Assembly: GCA_028534125.1 (NCBI GenBank)
Contig: CM052816.1
Coordinates: 82,958,001 to 83,022,000 of the forward strand
DNA: 64,000 nucleotides
Source of the DNA: Lama glama
Lineage: Eukaryota
Direction: 5' to 3'
In this document: piece after piece, positions 34,608-48,957 of the stretch
Layout: each line of letters opens with the position of its first letter
Position numbering within the stretch: the stretch's first letter is position 1
The notes under the pieces: model-generated
Database searches by the model: none
The model's input: only the letters and a program-made list of their open reading frames with translations
What the model was told of the DNA's origin: nothing
Made by a program: the position numbers and the translations under genes

Positions 34608-37600
34608 CGGAGAGAGATCTTTGTGAATTTTTCTATAAATTATATTTAGTAGGTATAATTTATACTTAGATTAATAATTTGAAGTTACCTGGAAGAATCA
34701 GTTTCCCAGTGTTTAGAAAACAGTTATTAAAATACATTCTTGAGTCAATTTAGGGTATGATAGCTAAATGAATATAACTCATTACTTGATTAAAGAATGA
34801 TTGAGTTAATTTTCTAAGTAAAAAATAAGTTCTTTGTGTGGTTTTATTGCTAATTAAAATCACCGAGGTGAACCAAGATTCTTAGGTTCCAGGTTGCCTC
34901 TCTAAGAGTCCTCAATCTGGTATTGGTAATTACATATTTTTCTGACTAAATGAAGATAAACGACTCAGTTTCAAGACCATGGCTTTCACCAAAGAGAGTT
35001 AAGTGAAACCCTAAACCCTGCCAGCACTAAAAATCCCCAGAATTCTTTGACTCAAAAAGAAGAGGAAGGCTTTATAAGAGCTAAATCTCTTACTGGAAAT
35101 TCTATTTTTCTCATTCTTTCTCTGCTTGTTGACTTTATAAAGTGGAATTATTTCTTTAACTCAGTTCTTTATGGTATTATGCATAGATTTAATCCAAAAG
35201 AAGCATAAAGTTGAACTAGGTTACTTCTGAAAGCAAGCCTTTGTTTTCTTTATTATAATCATTTTAATACATTTACATTTATAAATTAGGTACATATATT
35301 ACTTTGATTTTAAAAAGTTAATATGTCATTTTAAAAAGAGTCAGCAGAAGAGCAAGCCACTTACATAGGAGATCAAATAAAAAGGTCCAAAGGCATAAAT
35401 AAGCTTGGTGGGTTCAGGTAATTGTGGTGGGGAGGAGTGGGAAGGAGTTTGCTAGATCACAATAGATGAGGAAGAGAGTAACTGTAGTAAAAAGAGAAGC
35501 AATTAAAGAATAGGAGGGTATAAAAAGACTCCTAGGAAATGTATTTCTTCCTCAAGGTAGCTCTCCAAAATCAGTTGACATCTGGAGATGGGTGACGATT
35601 CTCCTATCCCCATGTTCAATCCACATTCAATGTATATCCTTCCAAACTTATTCCAATAGACCATTTCAGAGAAAAGATTGTTTACTCTTTGTCCTACGTC
35701 TCTCCTGTCTTAGCAAAGGATCTGAAGCACAGTAAATCCACAAAATGTAATTTGCTTTCTTTTTGTTAATTAGAGATCAAAAAGAGTCTTAGAGAAGTAG
35801 TTGCAACCCATAATTTTATAATAAAAAGATGAAAGCAAATAGTAAGACAAATATCGATTGGTAGAACTGAGATTATAATTTAAGATTCTAGTCTCCTAAT
35901 GCAGAATTACAGCCTTACTTGACAAAAGAAGTCTAAAAGGATAAAGCCAAAATATTCCTAATAAGCCAAATAGAATGTGGGAGGGTCCAAGAAATTTCAA
36001 AAAATCTTTAAGAGATAAATTTAATATTAGAATTTTTAAATAAAATAGACTTTAAAAATGGTGTTTTTGTTGTTTACTTGTTTAATCATTTTGATGATTA
36101 TTAAATGAAAATCAGAGAAAGATACATTGTTCAGTTTTCAGCTTGTATGAAATGCACATTATCTTGACCCCATAAATCTGTTTTCCCTAAATGAACCTAT
36201 TATGTTTTGTGATGAAAATATTCAAGTCATCAAGAGATTAAATAAAGGAAGCATCAGCAAAGGGAGACTGGGACAGGGGTTCATTCATAGTAAATTTTCA
36301 TTTTATTTGTCAGAATTTAAAAATCAGCTATTGTAATGCATATAAAGAAAAAGCAAATGTTAATTATCGTAAGCATTTAGTTTCAAAGTGTGTGGACTCT
36401 TACGTTTTTGGAATATCATCCTGTGTGTAAACATCAACCAAAGGAAGAGAATAAACTTTAAAATAGTATTCTTTTTAAACATAACTTCCATGCTTCCAAC
36501 ATGTACAGTGCAGTAAAACTAATCACGCTAGCATGAGTTACATCTTAATAACTAAATATCATTTCATTTAAGTGCAATGGCATAAGGAACATGAATTTAG
36601 GTTGTAATAAGAGTAGGTTATGTAAACTTTCTTCATCAAAAAAAAATTTAACATGGTCTGAACTATGGATCAGTAAACTTCATCTTATTTGAAAGAATGT
36701 GCTCCTTATCCTGAGGCAAAAAATGCACTTTATGTTCAAGAAGCCTACATAATATTTGTTTTTGGCTCATATCCCTAAAGTACCCTTTTTCACTTCTGTT
36801 CCATTTGCTTAGTTTGCCTAAGTTGAAAAAAGTTTCCCTCTTCAACACAAGTGCTATTTTAATAACTCCCCTCAAGATTCCGGGAGAGAGAAAATCATCA
36901 GTCCAACTTCCTCTACGGCGTCTGTGGAGGAGATGAGCCTGTTAAAGTCTGCTGATTCCACACATACACGTTCACTGACAGGGATTAGAGCAAGAAAAGG
37001 AGAGGAAGACTGTCTCAACAACGTGGGAGCTGGTGGCTCTGAATCAAGCACAGGGGCTCCTATCTTTGTCAACCACATATTGTTGAAATTAGAAATCTTT
37101 CTAGTCAGAACTTCTTTGGAGCAAAAACTACCATAGAAATTGAACAGTGGAATCCCTCATTCATAAGTAAAAAGATTGATGGCCAGAGAAGGTGTGTTTT
37201 ATATGACAAGTTTGTGAAGAGATAGCATACAATTCTGAATTTATAAAAATCTGGGCCCATTGCTCTTTCATGTTATCCATCCAACCAGTTAAAATTTAAC
37301 TAGCATTTGCTTATTGGATGTCTACTTTGTACCATTAATTTCTTCGTTGGAAATTGACAGTGAGCCACAAAAGATCCTGCCCCTACCCTCATGGAACTTA
37401 CTTTATGTGAATTATATTGAAAGATATTTGTATAGCAACTATTAAACAGAATTTTCAAAAAAAGAAACTCTTGTGTTTAATGGGCTTTAAAATGCTGTGA
37501 ATATTTTTTCCTTCAACCAGATGGTACATTAAATCACCAACAGTCAGAAATATGTTTATCCATTTTCTTCTAACCCTTAGGCTAGTTGAAAAAACAAATC

Positions 37601-40600
37601 TTACAATAAAATTATGCTTTTATATTCCAAGTTTTAAATTTTGAAAACCTCTATTTCTTGAAGAAGTTCAGGATTGTCTTCTAGTAAAACCACTCTTAAA
37701 ACCAATATAATATTTGAATAATTGGTAAAAACTTTGACATCATTGAAGTTTTTCCCCCATTGAGCATTTGACTCCCATGCATAAAAGACAAAATGATAAG
37801 GAATGAGGAGTAACATACCAATTAAAAGCATGTCTCAATTTTATACTTCACAGATTATGGTGGTGGGCACAAATTCCCTGGCTCCACATAATGCAGATTT
37901 GGTCACTGTGAGTCAAGTGAGGAACCAAAATATCCAAAGCTGCATTTTAGTTAGGCAATTTTGTCTATCAACTGTTTAAATTGCATAGAAAGAATGATCT
38001 CAGAATTGAAAGCATTGATTTTTTCGTTAATTACTTTAATATTTAACTTAATTTTTCCTTTTACTTGTCCTCTAAAGATAATTACAATGAACTAACCCTA
38101 CTCTATTCCCACCCCAAACATGTAGAAACAAAGCAAAAATTCATGACTCTAAGGAATGGCTTGCTTATAGAGATGGAAGGAACAGAAGCCTGAAATAGCT
38201 TCCTGCTTTCCATTGACATCTCAGCCCAAAGATACTGACCTCAGTTCCCATATTGTGTGTGGCTTCATATGTTCTGCTATTGTGTCTTTTCTTAGACAAT
38301 AAAACCAGGGTATTCCAAATGCTCCAAAGAAACATATTTACAGCATGCAGCCTGGATAATAACATGAGTTTGTGGATGAGACACCGTCAAAGGATGTTAT
38401 TATCATGGAGAAAAATAGAGCTGATCATTATCAGAACAACTGATGCTGCTAGAAGAAAGAGCAGAAGGAGTATACAATTTTGTTTGTGTCTGTGTTTTAT
38501 TTCCTGTGGATGAGCATATTATACAGAAACAAACTATTTATTTTAGGATTGCTTGGACATTCTTGGTGTTTTACTGAAATAAACAATGCAAAGCAAAAAA
38601 TTGATAAATGTACATTTAAGAAAATGATTTATATCTGTGACTATACTTAATTCTAAAGAGTACCAGATCAAGTGTTATTCCCATAACACTTTTTAAAATA
38701 ATGATAACAGATGGAATTGTGGTGATCAGCATGATGCTACACCAGTGACATTATATTATTTCTCTTAATAATTTTTAAACTTCCTAGAGTGTAATGCACA
38801 GTGAACAGTAATCTTTCTTAGGCTAGATGATGCACAAAATGTTTTCAACTGGTTTGTCCAATTTGGCAGTATTATCCCTACTGCAGATGTCAAGTGTGGT
38901 CTACCAAATAACAATCAATAATATTAGAAATGCTTCTTAATGATGAAGTTAGTGAAAATGTTAAGCTACAAAATAATGGGAATCGTACTGTGGAATACTA
39001 TATATATACTGTGTGAAATACAGTATATACATATATTCTATAAATTAAGGCAAAATAAATTTAACCTAGGGCAGTGGTAAGACTGAGATGAATATCCTAA
39101 GAATAGATCAATCACATATGCACAAAAATCTGAATGATAGGCTATGGGGTTTCAAATACTATTTTTTAAAATTTCCTCTTAACTATGACATTTTAAAACT
39201 CTTCACTCTGTTCTCTTTTGTTTTGAATTTCTCTTCTGTTACTGATCCTCTTGTGCCTAATTCACACTATTCATATCCACATCATCATGTTCTTGGCTGA
39301 CCATACCCTTTAATTAGTATCCATATTACTAAGTACAGCAAATTCTAAGTCTCTAAATATTCAAAGTTTACAATAATTGCATATCTTGCAGTCGTACGTT
39401 TTCCAGAAACGGTTATTTTGCTCTAAACACCATTTTTAAAATACTGTCATCAGTATGTTTTAGTGTGCTAAGAGTGACAATTCATGATAATTTCTCTAAT
39501 AAGGCCCCCCAAAGCTCAGTGCCTTTAAACAATGTCTATTTGATTTCATAGTTTAATGAAGGTCAAACGACTCTCTTGGGCATGTCCTCCATTCCTTTTT
39601 GCAGATATTACATTTCATCTCTCTTCTTGTACACAGAATACTCTCACTTTTGCCCCAAGAGTGGCAACACAAAATTTCATCATCCAATCTCCAGAGATCA
39701 AATCCAGAATCTCCAGTTTATCTACCATTTTTCCCATCAACTCCAGATAGTTCTTTCCAGAAAAGTGACCTATGAATAATTATAGGTAAATTATTGCACG
39801 TATGTGCATGCACATATTCATGCACACACAACACACATACATGCACACCCTAAATATGCAAGAATGTAACAGGGGAAAAAATAATTGGAATAAACTCCTA
39901 CTTGGAAAGGGAAAGAATGAAAGGCATGCAAAGTGTATGGTTCACCTGGTTGTTGAAATCCACAGAATCTATATAATGATACAAGCAGCCAGGCTTCTTC
40001 CGTTGTATGGTTTTTGTCATATCACACTTCTTTGAATTCATCCCAGAGGACTGAGGCCAATAGACTGTGCAAGACAAGAGAGGACATTTCAAAAACAGGT
40101 TTAAAATATTGTATTCCTGTGGCCAAAACAAAGTCACACTTAGCAGCAAGCGGTAACTGGTAATATATTCCTCTTGTATGACTGGTGGAAAAATGAATTG
40201 GCTTGAGGAAAATAAAATTATATCTGCCACACCAGAATGGCTTATGTTTCTTCTCCCAGGACCCTGCAATTCTGCTCTTTTAAAATCTGAAATCAACATA
40301 TTTTTCCATCTATGCTCTGCCTCCTTCATCAAAATGAAAATGATATCTTTAATACAAATCTTTATTGCTGGAGTAATAACTTCATGATTGAATCTAAACT
40401 GCAATTAATCCTGCCTTAGACAGTGACAAAAAAAAAATCATGCTTTTTGTGTAACATCATCAGTATGTTCTCTGACTCCAGTGGCAAAGGGGATTTTATA
40501 GCTTGGAATTTATCTGCCCTTATTTGGAAAACAGCAGAACTGGTTAGACATACGTTTCTTACCTGAGTGCTATTATTAGCCATAGTTCAAATTATCTAGA

Positions 40601-43600
40601 GTTATATTTGAATAAAACATTAGTTTGGCCTTTTGGGTGAGATAAATATGCTCTTCCTACTCCGTATGCATATTTTTCACCCAGTGTTGAATGCATTGGT
40701 TATGAAAAACCAGAGCTACAATTTGGCGCAAACCAATTCCTCCCTTATAATATTTATTTGTGTTAAAAGATAAACTGAGCCATATTAGAATCTTTAAGAG
40801 TTTACTTAATTAAATAAACTCTAATCCTGCAGTGACAAATCCAAAGGGATTAGCAGCATCATGCTAACAGGAGTTACGGGAAATGCTTTCATCGTGTAGA
40901 CCCAGAAGCAAAGGGAGGACACTGTTTGATTACCTGCAGCTTAAGTGATTGCCTTGCTTGGGAAAGTGCAGCCTTCTGTTTGTGATTGGTTGTTCTTAAA
41001 TTTTGTTTTCTGGGATATGAACGTATTTACAGAATTGACTCTGGCTTATGTTTTGGTTTGCATAATTAAGTAGGCTGCCAAGGCCTCAGAGCCACCTCAG
41101 TCTAATGGCCTCTTGTTTAATTGCTTTAACATGTGCAAGGATCTAGGCACAATATTAACAATAACAAAAAACCAGATGAACTCTTAATATTTTTAAGTTT
41201 ATTTGCATTGATCACATGTTTTTGTATTGTATCTAAGTCATTTAGATAACCGTGATACCCTATAAAATACATGTTCTTCTTTGTTGAAAAGTAAAAATGA
41301 ATATGTGTAATCTACTGAACCAGCAATAATTTCTTCCTAAGCAACAGACCAGCGATCATTACTTGATGACATTCAATTATATGGATTGCCTAGCACAGAC
41401 TCTTCTGACTTGAGCGGGAGTCCCATCTTTGAAGTAGGAAGTAAGCATAAGGATTATTAGGTGCTTTAAACACAACAATAATAACAAGCCATTTTTATAC
41501 CTAATTTGAGGTTATAATCTTGAAGAATGCAATGGTGAAATTAAGCTCTGTTCTGATACTATGAACATAGAATCACAATAGATCTTAATCCTATGATGAA
41601 ATTCTCCATGGTGCTTTGAATTGAAACACTTTGTATTTTCCAAAAACACTTAATTAAAAATAAACTTTTAAATGATATTTAGATAGCTAAATGATATCAA
41701 AGATAATATGAAAATGAAACCTACTTCTTTATTTGTGTCCAAATCATCTGAGCATAGTTTAAAATTCTCATCTGATGTCCAACAGACAATCTCGACCAAT
41801 TCTGAATAAATCTCATTCTGGACAAATATAAACTCTGGTAATAGCATGAGACAAATCTATTGTCTTAACCCACCATTTGGATAGTATGGCTTTGAAATTA
41901 CTATATGCCTTCAATAATAGATCTCCTAAGATATTTATATGCTTTTTACTTAGGAGAGTTTATGATTTTATTTGAAAGAAATCAAGTCAATAATTAGCCT
42001 TATTAATTTTCCTACATATTTATTTAGTCTCTAGAAATTATAGTGTTAGAAAATTTGGCATTCAAAATCCATGAATTTCAAGAAATAGAAACTACATTAG
42101 GTACAGGAAGAGAGTCTGTAAGGAAAATTCAAAGTTGCAAGACCAAGGAAGATGGCACATTTTCTTTTGCACACGCAGGTTCCTTTTTTTTCTCCTCTCT
42201 TTGCTCAGTCCATAAAGAAACTTTTTGTACTTCACAGTACACGTGGTACACAAAAAGTGACCCAAACCGTGGCTTATACCTCAAATTCTATTTATGCAAT
42301 TCCAGCTAACTAGAACAGCTAGAAAGGGGATTTAACAAGAAGTGGGTTTTGAATAACATTTGTACAAAAAAAATTAAAAAGAACAAAAACGAAGTCACTT
42401 TATTTTTCCATAGAAAGCTTGAAGCTCATTGTCAAAAGCAAATCTAATTTTAATCTTCAACTCTTCTTCCTCATAATACAAACTGTAGTTAAAGACTGCA
42501 TAGGTTTATTTATAGCTATATATATGCAGTCTTACATAGAAGCACATATGCATGTCAGTTTTATTAGTTCTAATCAAGAAGAGCTTTGAAGGAATTTTCC
42601 TGGAGTGAGAAATAGAAAGTTTAGTTGGAATTAAAATTAAATAAAAGAAATGGATTAAATCTATTCTGGGCAATTTTTGGAAGCAGTTTATGTATTTTAT
42701 TGAAAAATGTCACATCATAGCTCAACAGATTGTTTTGTGTTAATCTACCATATTTTTTCAACAGAGGTACTGGTTTCAAAAAAATATTGCTCCATTTAAA
42801 TGCTAATGTAGATACTGCTATGGAGGTCTCTTAAAGATTATGGGTTCTGAATACTCTAGTTATAGAACATTTGGCCTTTATAGGTAAAATTTCTTTACTT
42901 CAGCTAGAAAGCTGTATCTATAAAAGGAAAATGACTTTGTCACTCCATTGGTTCCTAATATTATTTAATATTTATTAAGATTCAACAGGACACTAAGCAT
43001 TTATAAAGAATAGAATAATATTTACTTTAATTAACCTAGTATCTGTAGTCTCTGAAGGGAGATAGATATATGGTACACAAGCTTATATATTGCTTTTCTG
43101 GCTATAGGTGGGATTCAGAATCACAGTAGCTCAGGTCTGTCATCTTTTGTTTATTATTATGGAATTAGAGAAAACACTCAGTTTCCCTAAGTCCATGAGA
43201 GTAAGCACCTTAAACTATAGACAGATATATCTTCAAAATAGCCCTTACTGCTTGCGTAGTTTTGTTTTTTTCTAATTTTTATTTTGATGTTTATTGTGCT
43301 AAACAGTATTGATATCCAGAATGATCAAAAAGCAATACATATATTTATGGCTCATGTTAAGATACTGTAATTTTTCTGTAATATATTGAATCACCAACTG
43401 TTGGAGCCTTATGAGATTTTTAAGGTACACTCATTCACTTTGCCAAAAGAAAATGTATGGCTTAAAGAACTTAAGAGCTATTGACAATCCAGTGCTGTTA
43501 TCAACCTGTCATTTCTGAGGACAGACAGACAAGTGAGCTTCCTTTATTATTGAAATATTACTCAAAGTTATATGGTAAATAGTTCATTGAATTTCAGGGT

Positions 43601-44029
43601 TAAATGCCACTATTTTAATGTTAATAATACACAAATACATGCAGACCAAAGGCTAGGCATAAATTCCTACTCAATGATTCTAATCAAATAATGGGAGAAT
43701 GGGAATGACTCTTCAATACTGCCATATGCCAAGAAATGACTCAACACTCTCCTAACAGTCTTCTCTTTGAATTACTATTAAATTGGTGTAATGAAACATG
43801 ATACCATTTGGCCTCCACATGACAGGAAAGGATTATTTGTCTATTAAGTTTCCCTCTGTTCTTTTCCTATCAAGCTGTGATATATCCAGTGGAGCTACTT
43901 GGTATCCAAAGGCAAATACAGAGACTGAAACCACCTGTTGTACTTGGTGAAGATGATGATGATGATGAATGTGGTGGTGGGAATGATGATCATTAGTAAC
44001 ATAATCATGGAAATGATCATGTTATATAA

Positions 44030-44200
44030 CATTGGTCTAGGACCTCCTATATGCTAAGCATTGTTCTTCTCACTTTAAATGTATTATTTATCACAGTAGT
44101 TCTATGAAGTAGCTACTATGGTTATCCTCTTTTTTAGATAAGAAAACTCATATATAGAGAGATAAAGTACCTATATTCAAACCATGCACATTATACATAA
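44030..44200 (-). mobile_element. MIR SINE fragment
   Basis: ACCTCCTATATGCTAAGCATTGTTCT, CTATGAAGTAGCTACTAT, TTTTAGATAAGAAAACT. Confidence 0.6.
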
Positions 44201-44997
44201 AATCCTAGCTCATCCCATTTATAGAGATAGATGCACATTTATTAATACTCATTAATATATGATGTATATTTGTATACTTATATATTTATACATATTTCAT
44301 ATGTTTATTCTAAAAAATTTACAGTTAATTTGAACATCTTAAAAACTGAGTTACTGAATTCCATTTTGAGATCTCCATTTTTATATCACCAATAGAAGGC
44401 ATCTGTGTTTACTATCCTGAAGTGATTACTCTTAAGATGATTCTCATAAACTGTCTTTAAAGGTTATAGGTGAGAGTGTTCCATTTAATATAAAGTAATA
44501 CGGCAGACTTAATTTCCTTATGCAAGGTAAGAAACAAAGATCACGGTGCAATTTCCAGTAATTTACACTTTCAGTCATTTTCCTTCTTAGAAAATTTTAC
44601 AGTCACATTTTAAGATATTTTGGCTTAGCTCAGTGACTCAATTATTCATTTCACAATGTTAGGAAAAAATCAGTGGTCCAAAAGTCATATAAAAGTATAT
44701 ATTGATAATGAGCTGACTGTAAAAGTCAGATTAGATTAAAATGGGAGGTTATTGGAAATTTCCTAAGTTTTATAGTTAAAGTGAGTTGCACTTACTTTAT
44801 CCTCAGTGTAGCCTGAAAAGAGAACTTGATATATAAGGAATATTATTTATTTGGATTAGAGTGATTCTTTTAGATGAAACATAAATACTTAGGTATTTCA
44901 GGCTGTTCAAAGAGACAAGCTCAATAATTCAATACAATCATCGTCTTTTCCCTTTTCCCCAGTGGGTATATATGCTCCCTCCACATCATATAGTTCT

Positions 44998-45419
44998 TAT
45001 TATGGACTGAATGTTTGTGTCCCCCTCAAATTTATATGTTGAAGCTCTAACCCCTGGTTTGGCTATATTTAGAGTTGGGGCCTTTAAGAAAGTAAGCTTA
45101 AATGAGATCAAGAGGGTGGGTCCCTGACCTGATAAAATTAGTGTCCTTTAAAGAAAAGATACCAGAGGGCTGCCCGCTCCTCTCTGTCTCTCTCTCTCTT
45201 TCACTTTTTCCCTGAGTGCCTAAAATAGAAATTGTGTGAGAAAACAGTGAGAGATAGTAGCTACCCCCAAGACAGAAAGAATATTCTCACCAGAAATTGG
45301 CCATGCTGGCACCTTGATCTTGGACTTCCAGCTTCCAGAACTATGAGGAAATAAATTCCTGTTGTTTAAGCTGTCTAGTCTGTACCATTTTGTTGTCTCA
45401 GCCTGGGCAGAGTAATGCA
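44998..45419 (+). mobile_element. MaLR solo LTR (MLT1A-type)
   Basis: TATGGACTGAATGTTTGTGTCCCCCTCAAATTTATATGTTGAAGC, CATGCTGGCACCTTGATCTTGGACTTCCAGC, AAATAAATTCCTGTTGTTTAAGC. Confidence 0.9.
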
Positions 45420-45586
45420 GTTCCTAAATATGATTTTCCCTTGTTTCTTTTCATATCACTGCAAAGTATTTTGATACTAAAATTATTGGGACAGTGTAAT
45501 ACCTTGGATTGTATTTACATCTGTCTTTTTATTTCATTTTAGCTCCCAGAGTTATTACATTTGACCTCAGCTTAGTATTCAGGGAC

Positions 45587-46076
45587 TATAGGCATTGATT
45601 GCAGACTGTGAGAGTTAATACCTCCTTAGAAGAGGTCATCAAAGAGATGTGACTGCCAGTTGACCTGCAGCTGGCTCGGGCAATTGGAGGCTCCCCAGTC
45701 CCTCCCCTGTCCCTGGAATGTGTTCTCCTTGCCTTCCCTGATCTCAGAAGCTGTTCCAAGGAGACAACCTTAAGATAGAAATGTGGTATGAGGCTCTCTG
45801 GACTAGGTATGTGGTTGAACCTGGTTAAGGTCTCCTGTGTATGTGACTGAACCCAGTAAATCATAATTTTTAAGATTCTGATGGGCAGCTGTGGAAATCT
45901 GCTCATCTTGCAGCTGCCCAATACAAGCCTCATCAGTAAATTCCCTTGCTTATTAGAATTACCATCTGCTAATCTGGAGTGTTCTGCCTCTCCCTCACGT
46001 GTCTCTCTGCCCTCCACGTAGGGGACCACTTTCAGAGTACACATAGGGAAGCTCCTGAGGAGGTTCCCATGAACCA
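45587..46076 (+). mobile_element. ERV solo LTR-like element, family uncertain
   Basis: ~490-bp GC-richer block with LTR-like layout: U3 direct repeat ATGTGGTTGAACCTGGTTAA / ATGTGACTGAACCCAGTAAA, AT-rich box, stem-loop, pyrimidine-rich U5-like part, ends in CA. No clear TSD found. Confidence 0.62.
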
Positions 46077-48920
46077 GCATACATGGAGGCGGATATCTTT
46101 CTTTGTAAATCCTTGACTTATTTTTGTAATTGTTTAATCAAATCTTATCTAAGTCTAATGTGAGAAGTCAGCTAATTAATACTTAACTGTCCCTTCAAAG
46201 CTTTGTAACAGAAAAATAGAAATGAGAGGTTTTTATTTCCAGGTTTAGATTGGGGTTAGGGATGCTGAAAATCATTGGGTTATCTTTTCACACAAATCAC
46301 ATACTTGAAAAAGTATCTTGGAACTGATTAGGTAGTAAGATACTTCTAAACTCAGTTACACATTCACCTCTTCAGCTCCACTTCAGATTTTATAATTGCA
46401 TGCGGTCAACAAAGAACTTAAAGTAGATCCAGTCTGGCAAGGCCAGCACGAAGCTTACCTACTGTTGGTTGTGAAACTGAATGTTTAGACATTCAATCAA
46501 ATAGTTGTTTTATATTGTTACCTTTTAAGTAACAACTTCTAAAAATATTTTCTACTTCTGAAATAATCTCATTTAAATATGTGGGAAGTAGATCTTTACT
46601 CTTACTAAGGCATTGGCAAATCTTAAGCCACCTGAGTAATCTTGATAATCTATGTGAACAATCTTCTTTGAGAGTACTTATTTAGAGAGATGACAATATT
46701 GGAAAGCTTCCAAAGAGGTCATTAAATTCTTAACCTACACTAGACAGAAAGGTGAAATAAGATTTCAGTATGCTGACTGGAGAATTCTAGGCTGCTAATG
46801 CTAGTGCTATAGCTGTGGCATTATATGAGACCTTATTATCTTTATTCACTGTTATACTATAATTGATATAGCTGCACCATTAGGAGAGTAAGGATTAATT
46901 ACACAGGCAATACATATGCTTTGTAAATAAACTATCACTTATTTATAAGTGTAGTTAATGTGATATTGATTTCCCCAGCTCATTGTGCAATCAGTGTCAA
47001 ATCCTGACATTAATCAGGTAAAGGAACTTTTTCTCAAGGATGCAACCTGAATTAGCGAATGGCTTAATATTTTCTTATTTTGTACAAAATGACTTTTACA
47101 AAGTTTGAAGGATTATAATTTAAATTAAGCTATTTTAATGGATTCTGGAGGTGGAATTTTTTTTCGTCGTTGGTTGAGGTTCTCTCTGGAAGTATCTGCC
47201 TCTGGAGAAATTAGATTCCATTAGCTGTCTGATTCATTTAACCTGAAATTCTCAGAAAACAAACACACCGGCCATCACCAGAGGCTTTATATTTGAACAG
47301 ACTGCTTTGGTCTTATAAGCCTGTGGGCTTTTTTTTCTCATCTACTCAGTGTGCTTAGGTAAATGGTATCTGACTATTTACTCTGTGCCTTAGAAAGACT
47401 GTAAAAAGTGCTTACGCTTTGTGGAACTTACCCAAATTAAAGAAATAAAGTTTCCATGGAAGTACAGCTGACTGCAGTTTGTTCTGTTCTCCACTACATC
47501 TGTGTTTTCTAACTTGTTCTCCATTCTAAAGATGCCTTTCTTCTCTGAAATACCTATCTCCTTTATGCATAGTGATTTAGTGGTAGTTTATTTTATCTGC
47601 CTGCCAAAAGCTACAGAGAAAGGGAACATGTTGTCATTCCAACTTGCATAGGCAAGTTTTGAGATTTTGCAACTATGGTTGTGTGTATGTTGAACACTCC
47701 CCTGCCTTCTCCTGCATGTGCATATGGAAATAGCAGGCTTTATTCAGCCCCCCGAATAATTCAACTTTGGGGTAGAAAAAGACATATGCTGAATCGGTAT
47801 TAGCAACTTGAACGTGTATTTACTGACTTTTAAGTGAAGTCATTCTAAAAGTCAAGAAAACACCAGAGATTCTCAGAACTGTATGTTGAGGCTTGATGAA
47901 AAATGTTCCAGGTCCTTCTCTTGGTTCCTTCTGCTTTCTGCTCCAAGTTGAGTGCAAAGAATGTAAAAAAGCCAGCATTCTGCTAAAAAGTAATTACCTT
48001 CATGAAAATAACTTATGGAATAGATCTAAATTGACCTTTATGTTTATTTATGTGGTGTGAATTTTTACTAAAATTATACTTTTAAACGGACTAAAAGTTT
48101 ATCAATCCTGAAAATAACTGATTTTGTCATTTGCAAAGTTTCTCTTCATTAACCACGCCCTCTAATATGTACACTACATAGCCTGAGAAGATATACAGTA
48201 GATGGTGAGAGATCTTTACACCAAGGGGGGAAAAATAAAGAAAAACAATTATACCCATATTGTTTTCTTCATTTTATAACCTTTTATGAGGTTCTTTAAA
48301 ATTACTACAAAATATAAAACTAAGAGTAGGCTAAAACATGAGAACCACAAAGTCAAGTACATGATGTAAGAATCTGTGTTAGTTCAGGGTACTTGAGTTA
48401 GGAGGGTAAATTAAAACCAAGTGTGGAGTTAAGGGCTCTAAGCAAAAGCAAGGTGTTGCCTCCCTAAGGATCTTATTTCATAAAAAAACTCCTAAGACCA
48501 TTGGGAAGACTGATTCCTTGTATGAAATTCACCAGTGGATATTATTGACCTGACTTGGTAGTTACTGTGGAAATTCCAGCAACTTACATGAGGTGTCTCA
48601 GAGAAATTTATCTTCTCTGATAGCCACATAGTATTGTGATCATAAAATAATGGGGTAAAAAAGAGTCTGTTTTCATATACTTGGTAGTGAATTCTTTATG
48701 AACATCTCCCTATTCTGTGATAATGCAAATACAAAATAAAACAAAAACTCAGATTTTTGGGAGATGGTTTTTGCTCATGCTTTATTGATTACTGTTTTAT
48801 GAAAATTGGCCAAACTGAAACTCTTTGGATTTCAGTTTTATATTCTATAAAGTAGAAATTAAAAGAGTCCCTGTTTTTCTTTGTGTTTCACAGGAATTTT
48901 CTAAGTACTCAATGTTTTTA

Positions 48921-48922
<2 letters not shown>

Positions 48923-48955
<33 letters not shown>
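48923..48955. repeat. (GT)n microsatellite
   Basis: Directly visible. Confidence 0.97.

Positions 48956-48957
<2 letters not shown>

Noticed and set aside
39450..40145. Possible very old MLT1K/L-type LTR fragments
   Set aside because: Similarity too weak to delimit or name by eye
42492..42533. 11-bp inverted repeat AAGACTGCATA/TATGCAGTCTT with 20-nt spacer
   Set aside because: Short enough to be expected by chance in 64 kb of AT-rich DNA; no supporting context
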